The notes beneath the pieces were generated by a model. That model worked only from the letters and a program-made list of their open reading frames with translations, did not search any database and was not told the origin of the DNA. A program made the position numbers and the translations under genes. DNA of 34,593 nucleotides from Octopus sinensis (Eukaryota), in contig NW_021831681.1 in NCBI RefSeq assembly GCF_006345805.1, positions 1 through 34,593 of the forward strand, in the 5' to 3' direction. Positions 11,991 through 24,323 of this stretch are shown piece after piece (within the stretch, counting starts at the first letter, position 1; each line of letters starts with the position of its first letter).

Positions 11991-12525
11991 TCGATCGGAC
12001 TCCTCTACTCGAGATACGGATGCGATGTCTTTTAACTAATCGACAAATGATGCGGTATGGTTGTTATTTTCATATTGTAGTTATGATGGCCTTATTTGCG
12101 CCGAGTTCCAAACTGATATTTGTAATTGACCGATGAATATTCGCACCTGGCGAATTTTTTATCATTATTCTATTGAGTTTTATCATTATTCTATTGAAAT
12201 TTATACTCATACCCAAGTTTACGTATCATACATACATCCGTTCATAGCGGAGACCGATACACATTCTGATATTCTGAGATTAATCTCTGAAATCTTTGAC
12301 ATCAACGTCAACAACAGGCTCAACAGACAAATGTCTTTTTCTTTCTTTACAATTTATTCTTATTATTTACATCTTTCGTTCTGACTTTCATTCATTCACT
12401 CGTTCTTTCTTAATTCTATAATTTTCTCTTCTCTATCAATTCCTTCTCATCCAACAATCTACTTTGTAAATGATTCCCCCCAATTCTTTCTTTTAAAACT
12501 ACATTATTCCATTTTAATTTCACAG

Positions 12526-12600
12526 AACCCGGTCTCGGATCATTGTATACCCGGTGGGGCAGAACAACTTGTCCTCCTTATTCAAAACTTGTATATGAAG
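12526..12600 (+). CDS. Gene copy 1, exon 3 (75 nt, KPGLGSLYTRWGRTTCPPYSKLVYEG), start of the C4/NC1-like domain
   Basis: Acceptor ttttaatttcacAG and donor GTTAGT, phase 1-1. The YTRWGRxxCP...LVYxG motif is typical of short-chain collagen C4-like domains. Confidence 0.88.
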
Positions 12601-13199
12601 GTTAGTATAATTTATATTTCTGATCTCTCATTCTCTTTTTGTCTTTCTCTTGTTCTCTTTTTATACCTCTCATTCTCTCTTTTTGTTGCCTCTCTTTCTC
12701 TCTAACCCTCTCTCTCACGCACACGCACACACACTCAACCTTTGTCGGGTTGTCTAACATAAACATTCTCAAATCCTCTTATGGTATGTCACGTTTCAAA
12801 CGTCTATACCTGTAGACTATACAGACACTACACAAGACTGCTTACTCCTTTGTAGGTATTTGGTCATATCAGAATATTATAAGTTGTCTACTACGGACCA
12901 AGTGAAAATGATGCTAATTGGTGATCAATTGTACAGGCTACGGATGGTGGTATTGTACGTGAGTGACTAGAGCTGAATAGTGGCCACTTGACTACTTTTA
13001 ACTAGAATGCGCAATGATCGTATGTGTGGGCTAAATTGAATAGAGTCTATTAGAATTGATGACAGTGACTGTAAATGGTGAAAGGAATAAACACACAATG
13101 TAGAATGAGGACTGGACAAGCCAATGCTTTAAGTGATGGAAAAAGCTAAGGACTGTATTCATTAAGTAAAATAGAGAGACTAAATATTAGTGAGAGAAC

Positions 13200-13600
13200 A
13201 CAACAGAGTACAGAATGCACTTCTATTCTTCTCCGCCTCACCGAAATCGTCCTATCGCTAAAACCTTGCTCTTTTCATGCACCACATCACCTCATTAATT
13301 ATCCAGTATATCTTTGTAAGGTAATTCCGAAACTTCCAATTCAAAACTGCTGCTACAAACTGCGTCCCCAATCAACCTCACATTCCTTAGAAATGCTCTG
13401 AATCTGCTCTTTATAAACCCTATACGTATGTTTTTTCGGTCGCCGCTTCCATCACCAAAAATATCCCCGTTCACTCGTGAACAAATTTTCCATTTCGGGT
13501 AAACACGAGTACATGCGTTACAGAATTCCTTCTTTTTCTCCTCTATTAACACATCCACGCAAAAACACTTCCCCATGTAACATACATAATAATCCACGTC
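13200..13600 (-). mobile_element. Very old LINE-like remnant (paralogue ~28860-29150)
   Basis: The copy-2 translation WMCRRYLTKIYWTINE...RRRRL resembles the post-RT region of RTE-type LINEs. Weak. Confidence 0.35.
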
Positions 13601-13653
13601 ATCACCTCAAATACTTACCCGTATAAACACAACATATATATACATATAACTAC

Positions 13654-13701
<48 letters not shown>

Positions 13702-13729
13702 CAAATAAAAACAAGATGCGAAGGATTCA

Positions 13730-13807
13730 GCGGTACATATTTTTCGGGCCTTTATTAGACAGATTTATAACAATGCATAATGTATGTCTGTGGCCTTCTT
13801 CAGCCGC
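13730..13807 (-). ncRNA. Degenerate hammerhead, inverted copy of 15664-15744
   Basis: GCGG-CUGAAGA-aGGCC...GGCCc-GAAAA-AUAU-GUA-CCGC. A C>A change breaks helix III. Confidence 0.6.
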
Positions 13808-15663
13808 GCACAACAACTTCCACAAGGGCATGTGTTACATCAATCAAAATTCTTGGTTGGGGATGCAAATCCTCCCATTCGCGTGCGACATAATGCGGCA
13901 GCAGCATAGAATTGAAGCGTCCATCTCTTTCTTCCCTCAATGTAGGATGAGGAAAAATGGATGTTGAAGTAATGTAAATAAATAAATACATGTATATACG
14001 TGAAGATGGAGGGGCGAGAATTCAGGACGAGGGATAAAAAATGTATAAAAAGTGTAAGTATAGAAAAATATAAAAATGTAGAGCATAAAGATATAAAGAG
14101 ATATAAGGAGATGTAAAGGGGGTATAAAGAATATAAAGAAATATAAAGAAATATAAATAAATGTAAAGGCATAAGGTTATAAAGTAAAAATAGAAATAGA
14201 AATAAAAATAAAAGTAAAAAAACATGATAAAAATGTAACAAAATATAAAAAAAAATAAAGATAAGGGATGTATAGAGGTTAAGGACCAAGCATGGTGGTC
14301 AGGAGATTGATAAAGTTTAGTTGTAGAATTGTCAGTAAATCAACAGTTTCGTCTGGGGACCTAATGCGTTGTAAATCAGAGCTGTTGAGCGTTTAATCTG
14401 GTTCCTTGAATTATTTGGACTTCTAGTACATACATACCAACATGGATACACACACCCATATACACGCGTACATATACGCCTCCAAGCCTATAAGCATACA
14501 CACGCACTCGCGTGTAAACATGCATATAAACACACACCACACCCACACGTACGTGCGTACACATACATACATACAACAGAATATCCGCATGTATACACGG
14601 ACACTATACATGTACACACTCACATGTACATACGCGCGCCCATCCCCACATACACACACGCATATGCCCACGCTTCCAGGTCTAGATATAAGATATTAAA
14701 GGATGTATATAAGGCGTATGTAAGGAATCACGTCTATGCGTGCACGCACACACGGCTGTGTGTACGTATGTGCGTGCACACATACACCTACACACACACA
14801 CAGAGACATAGGGGTATAGTTATAAGATATCAAAATATGCATGTACATATATGCGCGCGTTTATGTATGTATGCGTATACATACGTACAGAACGACGCTC
14901 GCATAGTCAAAAGTGGATCTATAGGTAGTAAATAAACACATATAGAGATGTAAAGCGATAAGTTAGGGGTAAGAATGAGGGTAAGGGTAAAAATTAGAAA
15001 TAAAAGTAAGAAATACAGTATAAAATAAGAAATACAATGTAATAGTTAGAAATGAAATATAAAATTAAAAAATTATAAGAGTTAAGGTAAGGGATGAAAA
15101 TGAAAATGAGAATAAATGGAAGTAGAATAAGAGTAAAAATAAATAAAATAAAATAAGATAAAAATATAATTTAACATGAGATGAAGGTGGTTGAAAGTTA
15201 GAGGTGTGTGTTAAAAGTGTCCACGTAGGGGCGGGCGGGGGGAACTGAAAATTGGAAGGGTGGGAAGTGGAGTTTGGCGGTGTGCGTTCAACATCCGAGT
15301 TAGAAATGTGAAAGGGTATAGATATAGGGAAGTAAAGAGACTATATAGGAAGGATATGGGTGTAGGAGAAGAAATTTAGGGAAAAGAAGTCATATATGGG
15401 AGACAAAATTTGTATATATAGGAGGAAAATGCAGGGAAACATATATGCACATACACACACCACACCACACAACACACGCACATATATATATATATATATA
15501 TGTACATATACGTACACATATGTGAACATACATATACATACAACACACATACGCATATACATATTCTATGCTGCTGCCGCATTATGTCGTACGCGAATGG
15601 GAGGATTTGCATCCCCAACCAAGAATTTTTGATGTAACACATGCCCTTGTGGAAGTTTGTTGT

Positions 15664-15744
15664 GCGCGGCTGAAGAAGCCACAGACATACATTATGCATT
15701 GTTATAAATCTGTCTAATAAAGGCCCGAAACATATGTACCGCGC
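15664..15744 (+). ncRNA. Type I hammerhead ribozyme, sense strand of copy 1 intron 3
   Basis: GCGCGG-CUGAAGA-aGCC...GGCcc-GAAAC-AUAU-GUA-CCGCGC. Helix I is 6 bp, ACAUAUGU palindrome, helix II base imperfect. Predicted cut after 15738. Confidence 0.75.
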
Positions 15745-15852
15745 TGAATCCTTCGCATCTTGTTTTTATTTTGATCAATTTACTCCACCACCTACACCAT
15801 CAAACGGTATACACAGGTGCTTATAATTATCAAGTACTCACCCCGAATTTCT

Positions 15853-15917
<65 letters not shown>

Positions 15918-15930
15918 TTATATGTAATAT

Positions 15931-15979
<49 letters not shown>

Positions 15980-16024
15980 TATATATTATATAATATATAT
16001 ATATATGTATATATATTATGTTAA

Positions 16025-16469
16025 TATATCTGGCAGACTATTGACAATGAAACGGAAGGTCTTATCATATATTATAGTTAAATATTTTAAACAATGTTGC
16101 TATGAATACAGTTGAAGTTTAGGGTTTTCCAAAGAATTATTTAGAAGAATATTATAACAAAAGGATAGAAATTGTTGAATATTTTTCTATTCATAAGTAT
16201 TCATAAATTTCTTGATAATTTTATTAACTTCTATGCTGAAGTAGAGACAACGTGATCTTTGAGTATCTCCTTAACTTCTTGGAGATTTTAGGTATAATTA
16301 TACTAATGTGTCAATCTGTTTTAATTTAATTAAATCCTATGTATTGGTGCAGCTGAAGATTCCACTATATTTTAAATTGATGTGATTATTGTATTGTTCA
16401 ATTAAATGGAGTTGCATGAAACAATTGTACTGCATTATCTCTGGATATCCTTGTTACTACTTACTTTGA

Positions 16470-16470
<1 letters not shown>
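16025..16470 (+). mobile_element. Penelope-like terminus remnant between (TA)n tracts
   Basis: AT-rich block carrying the hammerhead-like motif at 16346-16436; not seen in unit 2. Confidence 0.45.
16346..16436 (+). ncRNA. Type I hammerhead-like motif, sense strand of copy 1 intron 3
   Basis: GGUGCAG-CUGAAGA-UUCCA...UGGAGuugcau-GAAAC-AAUU-GUA-CUGCAUU. Helix I is 7 bp, ACAAUUGU palindrome. The 5' arm of helix II appears partly deleted. Confidence 0.65.
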
Positions 16471-16517
<47 letters not shown>

Positions 16518-16724
16518 AAGAGAATGCAAATGCACTGCTACGTTCTCGTGCATACAGTATCACACAGCTTACACTCATATAACACTAACATATACACCAC
16601 AATTCGTTCACACGCGAGTAAACATGACTTCTTTTAAGGGTTAAAATGTAATGAATGTTTCCGTTAGTTCATATATAATTTTGCTTAATATCTTTTTTAC
16701 TTGATTTATTCTTACCAATTCTAG

Positions 16725-17221
16725 GTGTTGTTGGTGGACAACATTATACCCATACTGGTGGCGGAAGTAATCTCTTGTGTTTACCTAACGATCCCATTTG
16801 GGCCAATTATACGACTGAAGTTGAAGAAGGTGGTTACATTTATGGCAGTGAATATGAAATATCCCACTACTCAAATAAACTCTTTTCTTTTGCAAACGCT
16901 GAATCAATTCATGATCACAACGTTCCGTGCGCTGTCTGTTTGACACGACAACCTGCTGTTTTTATGATGTTACCAGCCAGGACACAGTGTTACGCTGGTT
17001 GGACAGCTGAATATTCAGGATATTTGATGACCGAGGGTTCTGGTCATAAGGGCAGACTTGAATATGTGTGTGTGGATTATGCACCAGAAGCTGATCCAGC
17101 GGGTTACAGAAACGAAGATGGAGCTCTACTGTATTTCGTTCAGGCTGCTTGTGGTTCATTGCCATGTCCACCGTATGTCAATGGTCGAGAATTAACCTGC
17201 GTTGTGTGCAGTAAATACTGA
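16725..17221 (+). CDS. Gene copy 1, exon 4: bulk of the short-chain collagen C4 / collagen IV NC1-like domain, ending in TGA
   Basis: Acceptor ...ccaattctAG at 16723-16724. Open frame GVVGGQHYTHTGGGSNLLCLPNDP...VPCAVC...PARTQCYAGWTAEYSGYLM...YVCVD...CGSLPCPPY...LTCVVCSKY*. The spliced CDS is 768 nt (255 aa). Confidence 0.9.
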
Positions 17222-17350
17222 ATCGAATTTACATTCGTTTTTACATGAAACTTTATGTTGGCGAATCATAAAATATAATATAATAAAGCAACATATACGT
17301 TTCTTGTAATTGTGTTTCGCAGTATTTTATCCAACTAATATATGTCGTTA

Positions 17351-17356
17351 AATAAA
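17351..17356 (+). terminator. Polyadenylation signal of copy 1 (alternative AATAAA at 17282)
   Basis: AATAAA 130 nt after the stop, kept at the homologous position in copy 2 despite a diverged flank. Confidence 0.5.
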
Positions 17357-18867
17357 TTGCTGCTACAAGTTTTCAGAAAATATTCAAAACGAAACAACAG
17401 AGACGTCATAGAATGTGACAAATAGTTTGAGAGAACGATGTAATCCTAATCCTCAGAGAATGATTCTAGAATACATTGTATGAGGTTCAGTTTATCATTT
17501 AAATGTTGAAATAAAATGATGATTCGTTTAAATGTGTTGTATTCCGTCTTAAAATGAAAACAATCCCCAAATGAAACACCTCCGTACAAATATATCACCC
17601 TTTCATGATCAATCTTTAAAAAAACACGATAAAAGCTTATAACTAACATCACTAAATCATGATGGGTTAATAAAAAAAATACTCCCATACGTATCATTGT
17701 AACTACAATCGATGCGATGAAAGTTCTGCAATCCAATCGCGGATATTACCTAATAATGTTGACAACCTTACTACTTGTCAGGTTACTAACACATTGAAGT
17801 TTTCACGAAACACTTTCGACAAGGGTATAAGTACACGTCCCACGAAGAACTATTTTCAACCTACATTCACATATTCCACATCCAGCTTTTCTACAAATCA
17901 ACACACACACACCAGCCTCGCGTCACATTACACACGCAGCCTCTCATCGTTCCCTGAAAACTCATGTGCCAAAATAAAATGTGAAACCACCAAGAAATAA
18001 GAGTAGACTTCAAGAACGGCATCAACCGAATCTACAGCAACACCACAAAACATCGAGTTCAACAAATTATCGCGATCTGTAACATAAACTATCAAACTCG
18101 CAGAAGAGGAACTTGCTTCGAGATACATGCATACAATAACTGTAACACACATAAACGACTTAGTAAGGAAAGGAAGACGACTTATAAAATATACATTAGG
18201 TGGAATCAGTGCAACATGTTGAGTCTTTCACACTATACCCAGCATGATTGCTCCTTGTATGTGGGAGTTTGTAGAATGGCTGCCAGATAAACGAAGGTAT
18301 CCGTGGAAAGAGGGTTCTGTGGGTGGCAGCACGTTTTTTGTCCGATTCATTGCGTGCCATAAGAATGCTCGATTGTGAAAAAGCTAGAGAAAAAGAATAA
18401 TAATTAAGTAATATGAAAGCACGAAATGCAAATTGACAAATGAATATATGGAAACATTCAACATGGCGTTTCCAGTGAACAGTATTAGCGCTCAGTATTA
18501 GGCATAAGCAATTTTTAGGTTCGTTAAAATGTGCTAATGGCATATTTCAAACTCTAAACGCAAATTCTGTGCAAAAAGTTGCAAAAACAGCATATCAGTC
18601 CAGTGCTGCTCCCTATCGGGTTCCAGTTCAGCCGTTATCAAAAGAATACCGAAGAGGGGAATATCTGGACAAACTTAAAGCCATAGCTTTAACTAAAACA
18701 TAGTCAACAACAACGAGTAAGTGACGCCATTAGAGCGCCAGGCTGGAGTCTGTCGTGAGTTACCTCCCTTCGGTATTTCTCTCTGATAAATTCTTCGCTA
18801 GAGGAGTTGACTTCAAACTTGTGCCCCAACAGTAACTGCGGTCGCTCGTACGTGCCCGCATCTTTCC

Positions 18868-19890
18868 TTGTGTGTGTGGTGTGTGTGTGTGTGTGTGTTT
18901 TGTATGCGTGTGTTTGTATGTGTGTGTGTGTGTGTCAGTGTGTGTGTGTGGGTGGGTGTTTGTGTGTTTGCATGTATGTGTGTGTGTGTGTGTCAATGTG
19001 TGTATGTCAGTGTGTGTGTGAGTGTCAGTGTGTGTGTGTGTGTGTGTGTCAGTGTGTGTGTGTATCAGTGTGTGTGTATGTATCAGTGTGTGTGTGTGTG
19101 TATCAGTGTGTGTGTGTGGGTGTGTGGGTGTGTGGGTGTGTGTGTGTGTGTGTTTTCATGTGTGTGTGTGTGTAGGTGTGTGTGTCAGTGAGTGTGTGTA
19201 TGTCAATGTGTGTGTGAGTGTCAGTGTGTGTGTGTCAGTGTGTGTGTGTCACTGTATGTGTGTGTCAGTATGTTTGAGTGTGTGTGTCAGTGTGTGTGTG
19301 TCAGTGTGTGTGTGTCAGTGTGTGTGTGTATGTGTGTATGTCAGTGTGTGTGTGTGTTTGTCAGTGTGTGTGTGTATGTGTGTGTATCAGTGTGTGTGTG
19401 TGTGTGTGTGTCAGTGTGTGTGTGTTTATGTGTGTGTGTCAGTGTGTGTGTGTATGTCAGTGTGTGTGTGTGTGTGTGTCAGTGTGTGTATGTGTATGTG
19501 TGTGTCAGTGTGTGTGTGTATCAGTGTGCGTGTGTTGGTGTGGGTTTGTTTGCATGTGTGTGTCATTGTGTGTGTATGTCAGCGTGTGTGTGTGTGTTTG
19601 TGTGTCAGTGTGTGTGTGTGTGTGTGTCAGTGTGTGTGCGTCACTGTGTGTGTGTGTCAGTATGTGTGTATGTTAGTGTGTGTGTGTGTCAGTGTGTGTG
19701 TATGTGTATGTATGAAAGTGTGTTCGTGTGTATGTGTGTCGTTGTGTGTGTGTGTATGTCTATGTGTGTGTGTGTGTCAGTGTGTGTGTGTGTGTGTCAG
19801 TGTGCGCGAGTGTATGTGTGCCAGTGTCTCTGTGTCTGTGTTTCAGTGTGTGTTTGCGTGTCAGTGTGTGTTTAAGTGTGTGTCTGTCTA
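18868..19890. repeat. ~1 kb compound (TG)n/TCAG microsatellite upstream of copy 2
   Basis: Direct inspection. Confidence 0.92.
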
Positions 19891-20307
19891 TTTGTCGGTT
19901 GAACAAAATACTTCCCACACTGAATATTAAAACAGTTTCCCAAGAATAACAAATAAAATTAATTAAAAACATTAGTAAATAAATATATCATAATATATCC
20001 AGAAACAGGAATCAGTTCACTTTACACGTGTCTCTCATTCATCAAAATATTTTGCTAATTATTGTGTGACAATATCAAACCATCTCTTTCCAATAATTAA
20101 ACCTGTCAGACAAGTTCACACCCGCTTTTACAGTTCCACCAATCGCATTGGTTCATAAATTTACGATAAGATCTATGCCAGAGCTGGGTTGTTGTGCGCT
20201 CAATAAATACGTGGAATTCAGTTACAGGTCTTCAGCTTAAACCTCGCATCTCGATCTTTTGTTGAAGCCACACGAAGTATCACGTACGACCGACAACTGT
20301 CACCAGA

Positions 20308-20451
20308 ATGGATTTCGCACAACTGTCCAGGAATATTTCGCAGCGTTATTCCATTTCTTCTCTCATAGCTTTTGGGGTTCTTCTCGTTCTGACAATCGTG
20401 ATTCTTCATCAAGATTCAAGAATAGGAAAAATGGAAGAGAAATCGAAAACG
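20308..20451 (+). CDS. Gene copy 2, exon 1
   Basis: Same 48 aa as copy 1 with one silent change (ACG>ACA); GTAAGT donor at 20452. Confidence 0.83.
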
Positions 20452-20880
20452 GTAAGTCATGGATTTTGTGTTAATATATGTATGTCTTTATGTATTTATA
20501 TATGCATGTATGTATGTATGCATTTACGTATGTATGTATTAATATGTGGATGTATGTATGTACCGATGGATGGATGGATGTAAGGATGTATGCATGAATC
20601 ACGTACATATGTTCCTATGGAGCACACACACACACATAAGATCACACACGTAATCACACACGAACACACAGGCGCACACACCTAAATATACATATATATA
20701 CATATACGTATAATTGTATATATAATATACATATATATGTATATATAATATACATATATATGAATATATTAGTGCCTGAACATATATGGATATATATATA
20801 CAAACAAATACATGCGTGTGTGTATCTATCACTGTATCTCTCTGTCTATCCCTCTCTCTCTCTATTTATCTATATATATA

Positions 20881-20921
<41 letters not shown>

Positions 20922-21593
20922 TTTATATAAATATATTCTTTTAACCGTTTCAGTCATTTGACTGCGGCCATGCTAGGGCACTGCGTTCAGTAGAACAAAT
21001 CGACTTCAGGAATTATTCCTTGTAAGCTATTGCTCATTCTATCGGTATCTCTAGACGATCGGCTATGTAACGGGGACGTAAACACACCGACATCAGTTGA
21101 GAATCGATAGCGGTGCGACAATAACAGACACATACATAAAACATAGATACATACACACTATGTGTGGTATACACACACGCACACACACAAATCAATATAT
21201 ATATATATATACATATCATATATACATACACACATATATTACGTATGTATGTACATACATATCTATCTATCTATCTATATATCTATCTATGTATATCTAT
21301 CTATCTATCTATATATATATATATATATATAGGGATAAATAAAAATATGCATACATACAAACATATATGTACGTACCTACATCTACATGTATATATACAT
21401 GCATATATAAATAATTATACGGAAGTACAGGACATCACAATAGACGTAGAAACAGAAAAAGCCAAAAAACAAAAAACAAGAAAACGGAAAACGAAAACCA
21501 AATACAGGACAGGTTACACAAGGACAAAACCCCCGTCATCAGCTGTCGCTAGAGGAGTCAGGCATGTTTCGAAGGCATATAATATATATATAT

Positions 21594-21630
<37 letters not shown>

Positions 21631-22530
21631 GGATATATATATATCTGTCAGATATGATGTAATCGTATATTCTATTTCTATTTCCATGTCTTGTTATATT
21701 TGCAATATATTATGTATAATGTCATTGCTGTTATGTAATGGTTTATAAAGTATTGATTGGGTATTATCTGATGGTTGATGATTGATTTAGATATGTTTCT
21801 CCATTTTCTTTTTTGCATATATATATATATATCTATATACATACATATACACACATCCCAAGTAAACACAAAGAAGGGTGTAATTGTACTCCTGTCCGAT
21901 CGCTCTTTCACCAGACTTAATCCTGGAGAGGGAAATAAGTGCGTAACGGAAAAATTTAACGGTGGGGTTCTAGCATGGCCATGCCTGTCGCTGCAACGTT
22001 TAGCCCTATTAATATTAGTGTTAAGTATTATATCTAGATGTACACTTACACACACGCACACAGAAACTGACACATGCAAACACACACACACGCACACATA
22101 GGAATACGTACATATTTACACACATTTATCTATTTCTCTCCATCAGGAACGGAAGTGAGGCGAGTTTTTTGAATCTTTTCTTTCCAACTGAAAATAAAAC
22201 GTGCGAGTGCCAATGTAGATCGGTGAAATTCGTAATGTTTGACTGTAATTCACGTTGGTTTTTATATATGACAATATGTAAGAACGAATGTAAATACATA
22301 CACACAGACACACGGACAAACACACGCACAAATAAACACAAACACACACACATACGCACACACACAGACACACGTGCTCAATTGTACACGAACAACCACA
22401 CTATACAGTGTATGTCCACTCACATATATGTGTGCGTTTGTGTGTGTGTATGCGTATAAGTAGATACGTATATTTGTGATATTTATGGTGTGTATGCTTA
22501 AGTATACGTACATACCTATATATTGATATG

Positions 22531-22577
<47 letters not shown>

Positions 22578-22580
<3 letters not shown>

Positions 22581-22714
22581 GGGCTTCCTGATGATTTCAT
22601 TTGAATGAAACAGTTCTAGTCCTGTAGAAGCTCCTTCTATAAAATAAATTAATTTACTCTGCTATGTATTGAGTACCTTATTTACTGTGGTTAACCCCGA
22701 CTCAACCCGGGACC

Positions 22715-22717
<3 letters not shown>
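22578..22717 (+). mobile_element. 140-nt Penelope-like terminus inserted in (TA)n
   Basis: Consists essentially of the hammerhead plus an 80-nt tail. It occupies the TA tract that holds the MITE in unit 1. Confidence 0.55.
22579..22635 (+). ncRNA. Type I hammerhead ribozyme, sense strand of copy 2 intron 1
   Basis: AGGGGCUUC-CUGAUGA-uUUCauuuGAAu-GAAACAG-uucuaguc-CUGUA-GAAGCUCCU. Helix I is 9 bp, helix III 4 bp, GUA triplet (cut after 22626), weak helix II. Confidence 0.75.
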
Positions 22718-22796
<79 letters not shown>

Positions 22797-22807
22797 ATGT
22801 CTGTGTG

Positions 22808-23068
22808 GAGGCGCAGTGGCCCAAGGGTTAGGGCAGCGGTCTCATGGTTGCCGGATCGCGGTTTCGATTCCCAGACTGGGCGTTGTGAGTGTTTAATGCT
22901 GCACGAAGCTCAGTGAGTTGGGTTGTTGTGATCACTCTTTCTTCTGTTGGCCCGCTCGCTTAGCCAGCAGGGTGGCGTCATTTTAAGGCTAAAACAACGC
23001 GAAGCGCATTGTGACCAGCGATATGTAGCAACAACTGATAGCCTACTCTGTGACGGTGATCACGGAGA
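22808..23068 (+). mobile_element. tRNA-derived SINE (paralogue of 4809-5081)
   Basis: A box TGGCCCAAGGG and B box GGTTTCGATTCCC; shared body ...gcgaagcgcattgtgaccagcgat... Confidence 0.78.
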
Positions 23069-23074
23069 TATATG

Positions 23075-24195
23075 CATCATATGCACACAATACACACACA
23101 CACATACATACACACGTACATACACACACACCAGCACAGATGCCCACATATACCTTTAACGAACAATACTCATACAGATACGCACACACTTATACACACA
23201 CACGCACATACACGTACTTTAGCGCACACACGCACACAAGCACACGCACGCACATTACGCCCACACAACTTCAAAAAAAACCCTACACACACGCATGCAT
23301 ATATATGTATACACACAAACGCACAGTTACTCACCACACAAACTCTACGCATACACACACATACACACCGATACATATACATACACGCAATATATGCCTA
23401 CACGCGCACACACACACATACACATCCGTATACACATATAGACACAGACACACACACACGCACGCAAAAACATGCGCACACACACACACACACGAATGCA
23501 CACACCGAAAACTCACATCCACGGATACAGGTATATACACCTATATACGCTTACTCACACACATACAAACGCACGTGTACGCGCACACACAGCTACATGA
23601 ACATGTGAGACGCATGCACATACATACATACACATAAATGAACCCACACATACATCCCATACACACGGCACACAAATATACAAACACGCACACAATTATA
23701 CATACATGTATACACACAAACGCACAGTTATTCGCCACACACCCAAACTCTACGCATACACACACACACAAACACACATGTGTCATCATTGCACACATAC
23801 ACACACGCACACATACAGAAAGTAAAGCATAGTTATTCGCCAAACACCCTAACTCTACGCCTACACACACGAACACACACATACATACACACACACTACA
23901 AACAAAACACACACACGATACATATACATACACGCACACACACACATACTTCACACTAGCGGTACCTACTACTTGACCTGGGGTAGAGACAAAAGGAGCC
24001 ACGCCCAATTCCTTCTCCCTTGATCTTAACACTACTAACCCTACAACACGCAAAGTTTAACAGCCACAACCACACACACATACACACACACATGCACACA
24101 CACACACACACGTGTCATCATTGCACACATACGCACATACACACACACGGACATGCAGACCTACGATCACGCTCTTATCCATACTTACACACACA
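23075..24195. repeat. Degenerate (CA)n-rich low-complexity region (paralogue ~5155-5870)
   Basis: Direct inspection. Confidence 0.8.
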
Positions 24196-24323
24196 TTCCT
24201 CATCCTCTACCACTCTCCTGTCTTTGAAAGAACTTTTCTTCCCCAATTTTCTTCCGGTCATTCAAAATGTGACGGCGTGTGTACCGTTGGCGATTTTTTT
24301 TCCTCTGTCTTCCCTCCTCGTAT

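Larger units (their letters stand above)
13697..15858 (-). mobile_element. Penelope-like insertion with inverted terminal (pLTR-like) repeats, unit 1 intron 3
   Basis: 13699-13911 is the near-perfect reverse complement of 15563-15775, and each arm holds a hammerhead. Flanked by (TA)n/(CT)n; absent from unit 2. Confidence 0.7.
560..18310 (+). repeat. Tandem duplication unit 1 (homologous to ~18870-31450 and ~33570-34593)
   Basis: Colinear shared promoter, exons, intronic SINE/Helitron/LINE remnants and 3' flank. ATG-to-ATG periods are 18653 and 14127 nt. Boundaries approximate. Confidence 0.85.

Noticed and set aside
12157-12198. 21-nt tandem duplication TTTTATCATTATTCTATTGA
   Set aside because: A simple slippage duplication in AT-rich intron with no further structure.
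16775-17221. Stand-alone 148-aa ORF (and 30052-30333)
   Set aside because: Starts at a TTG within a spliced last exon; the domain begins in exon 3.
18868-19890. CRISPR-like regularly spaced TCAG motif
   Set aside because: The spacers are only variable (TG)n; eukaryotic context with no cas genes.
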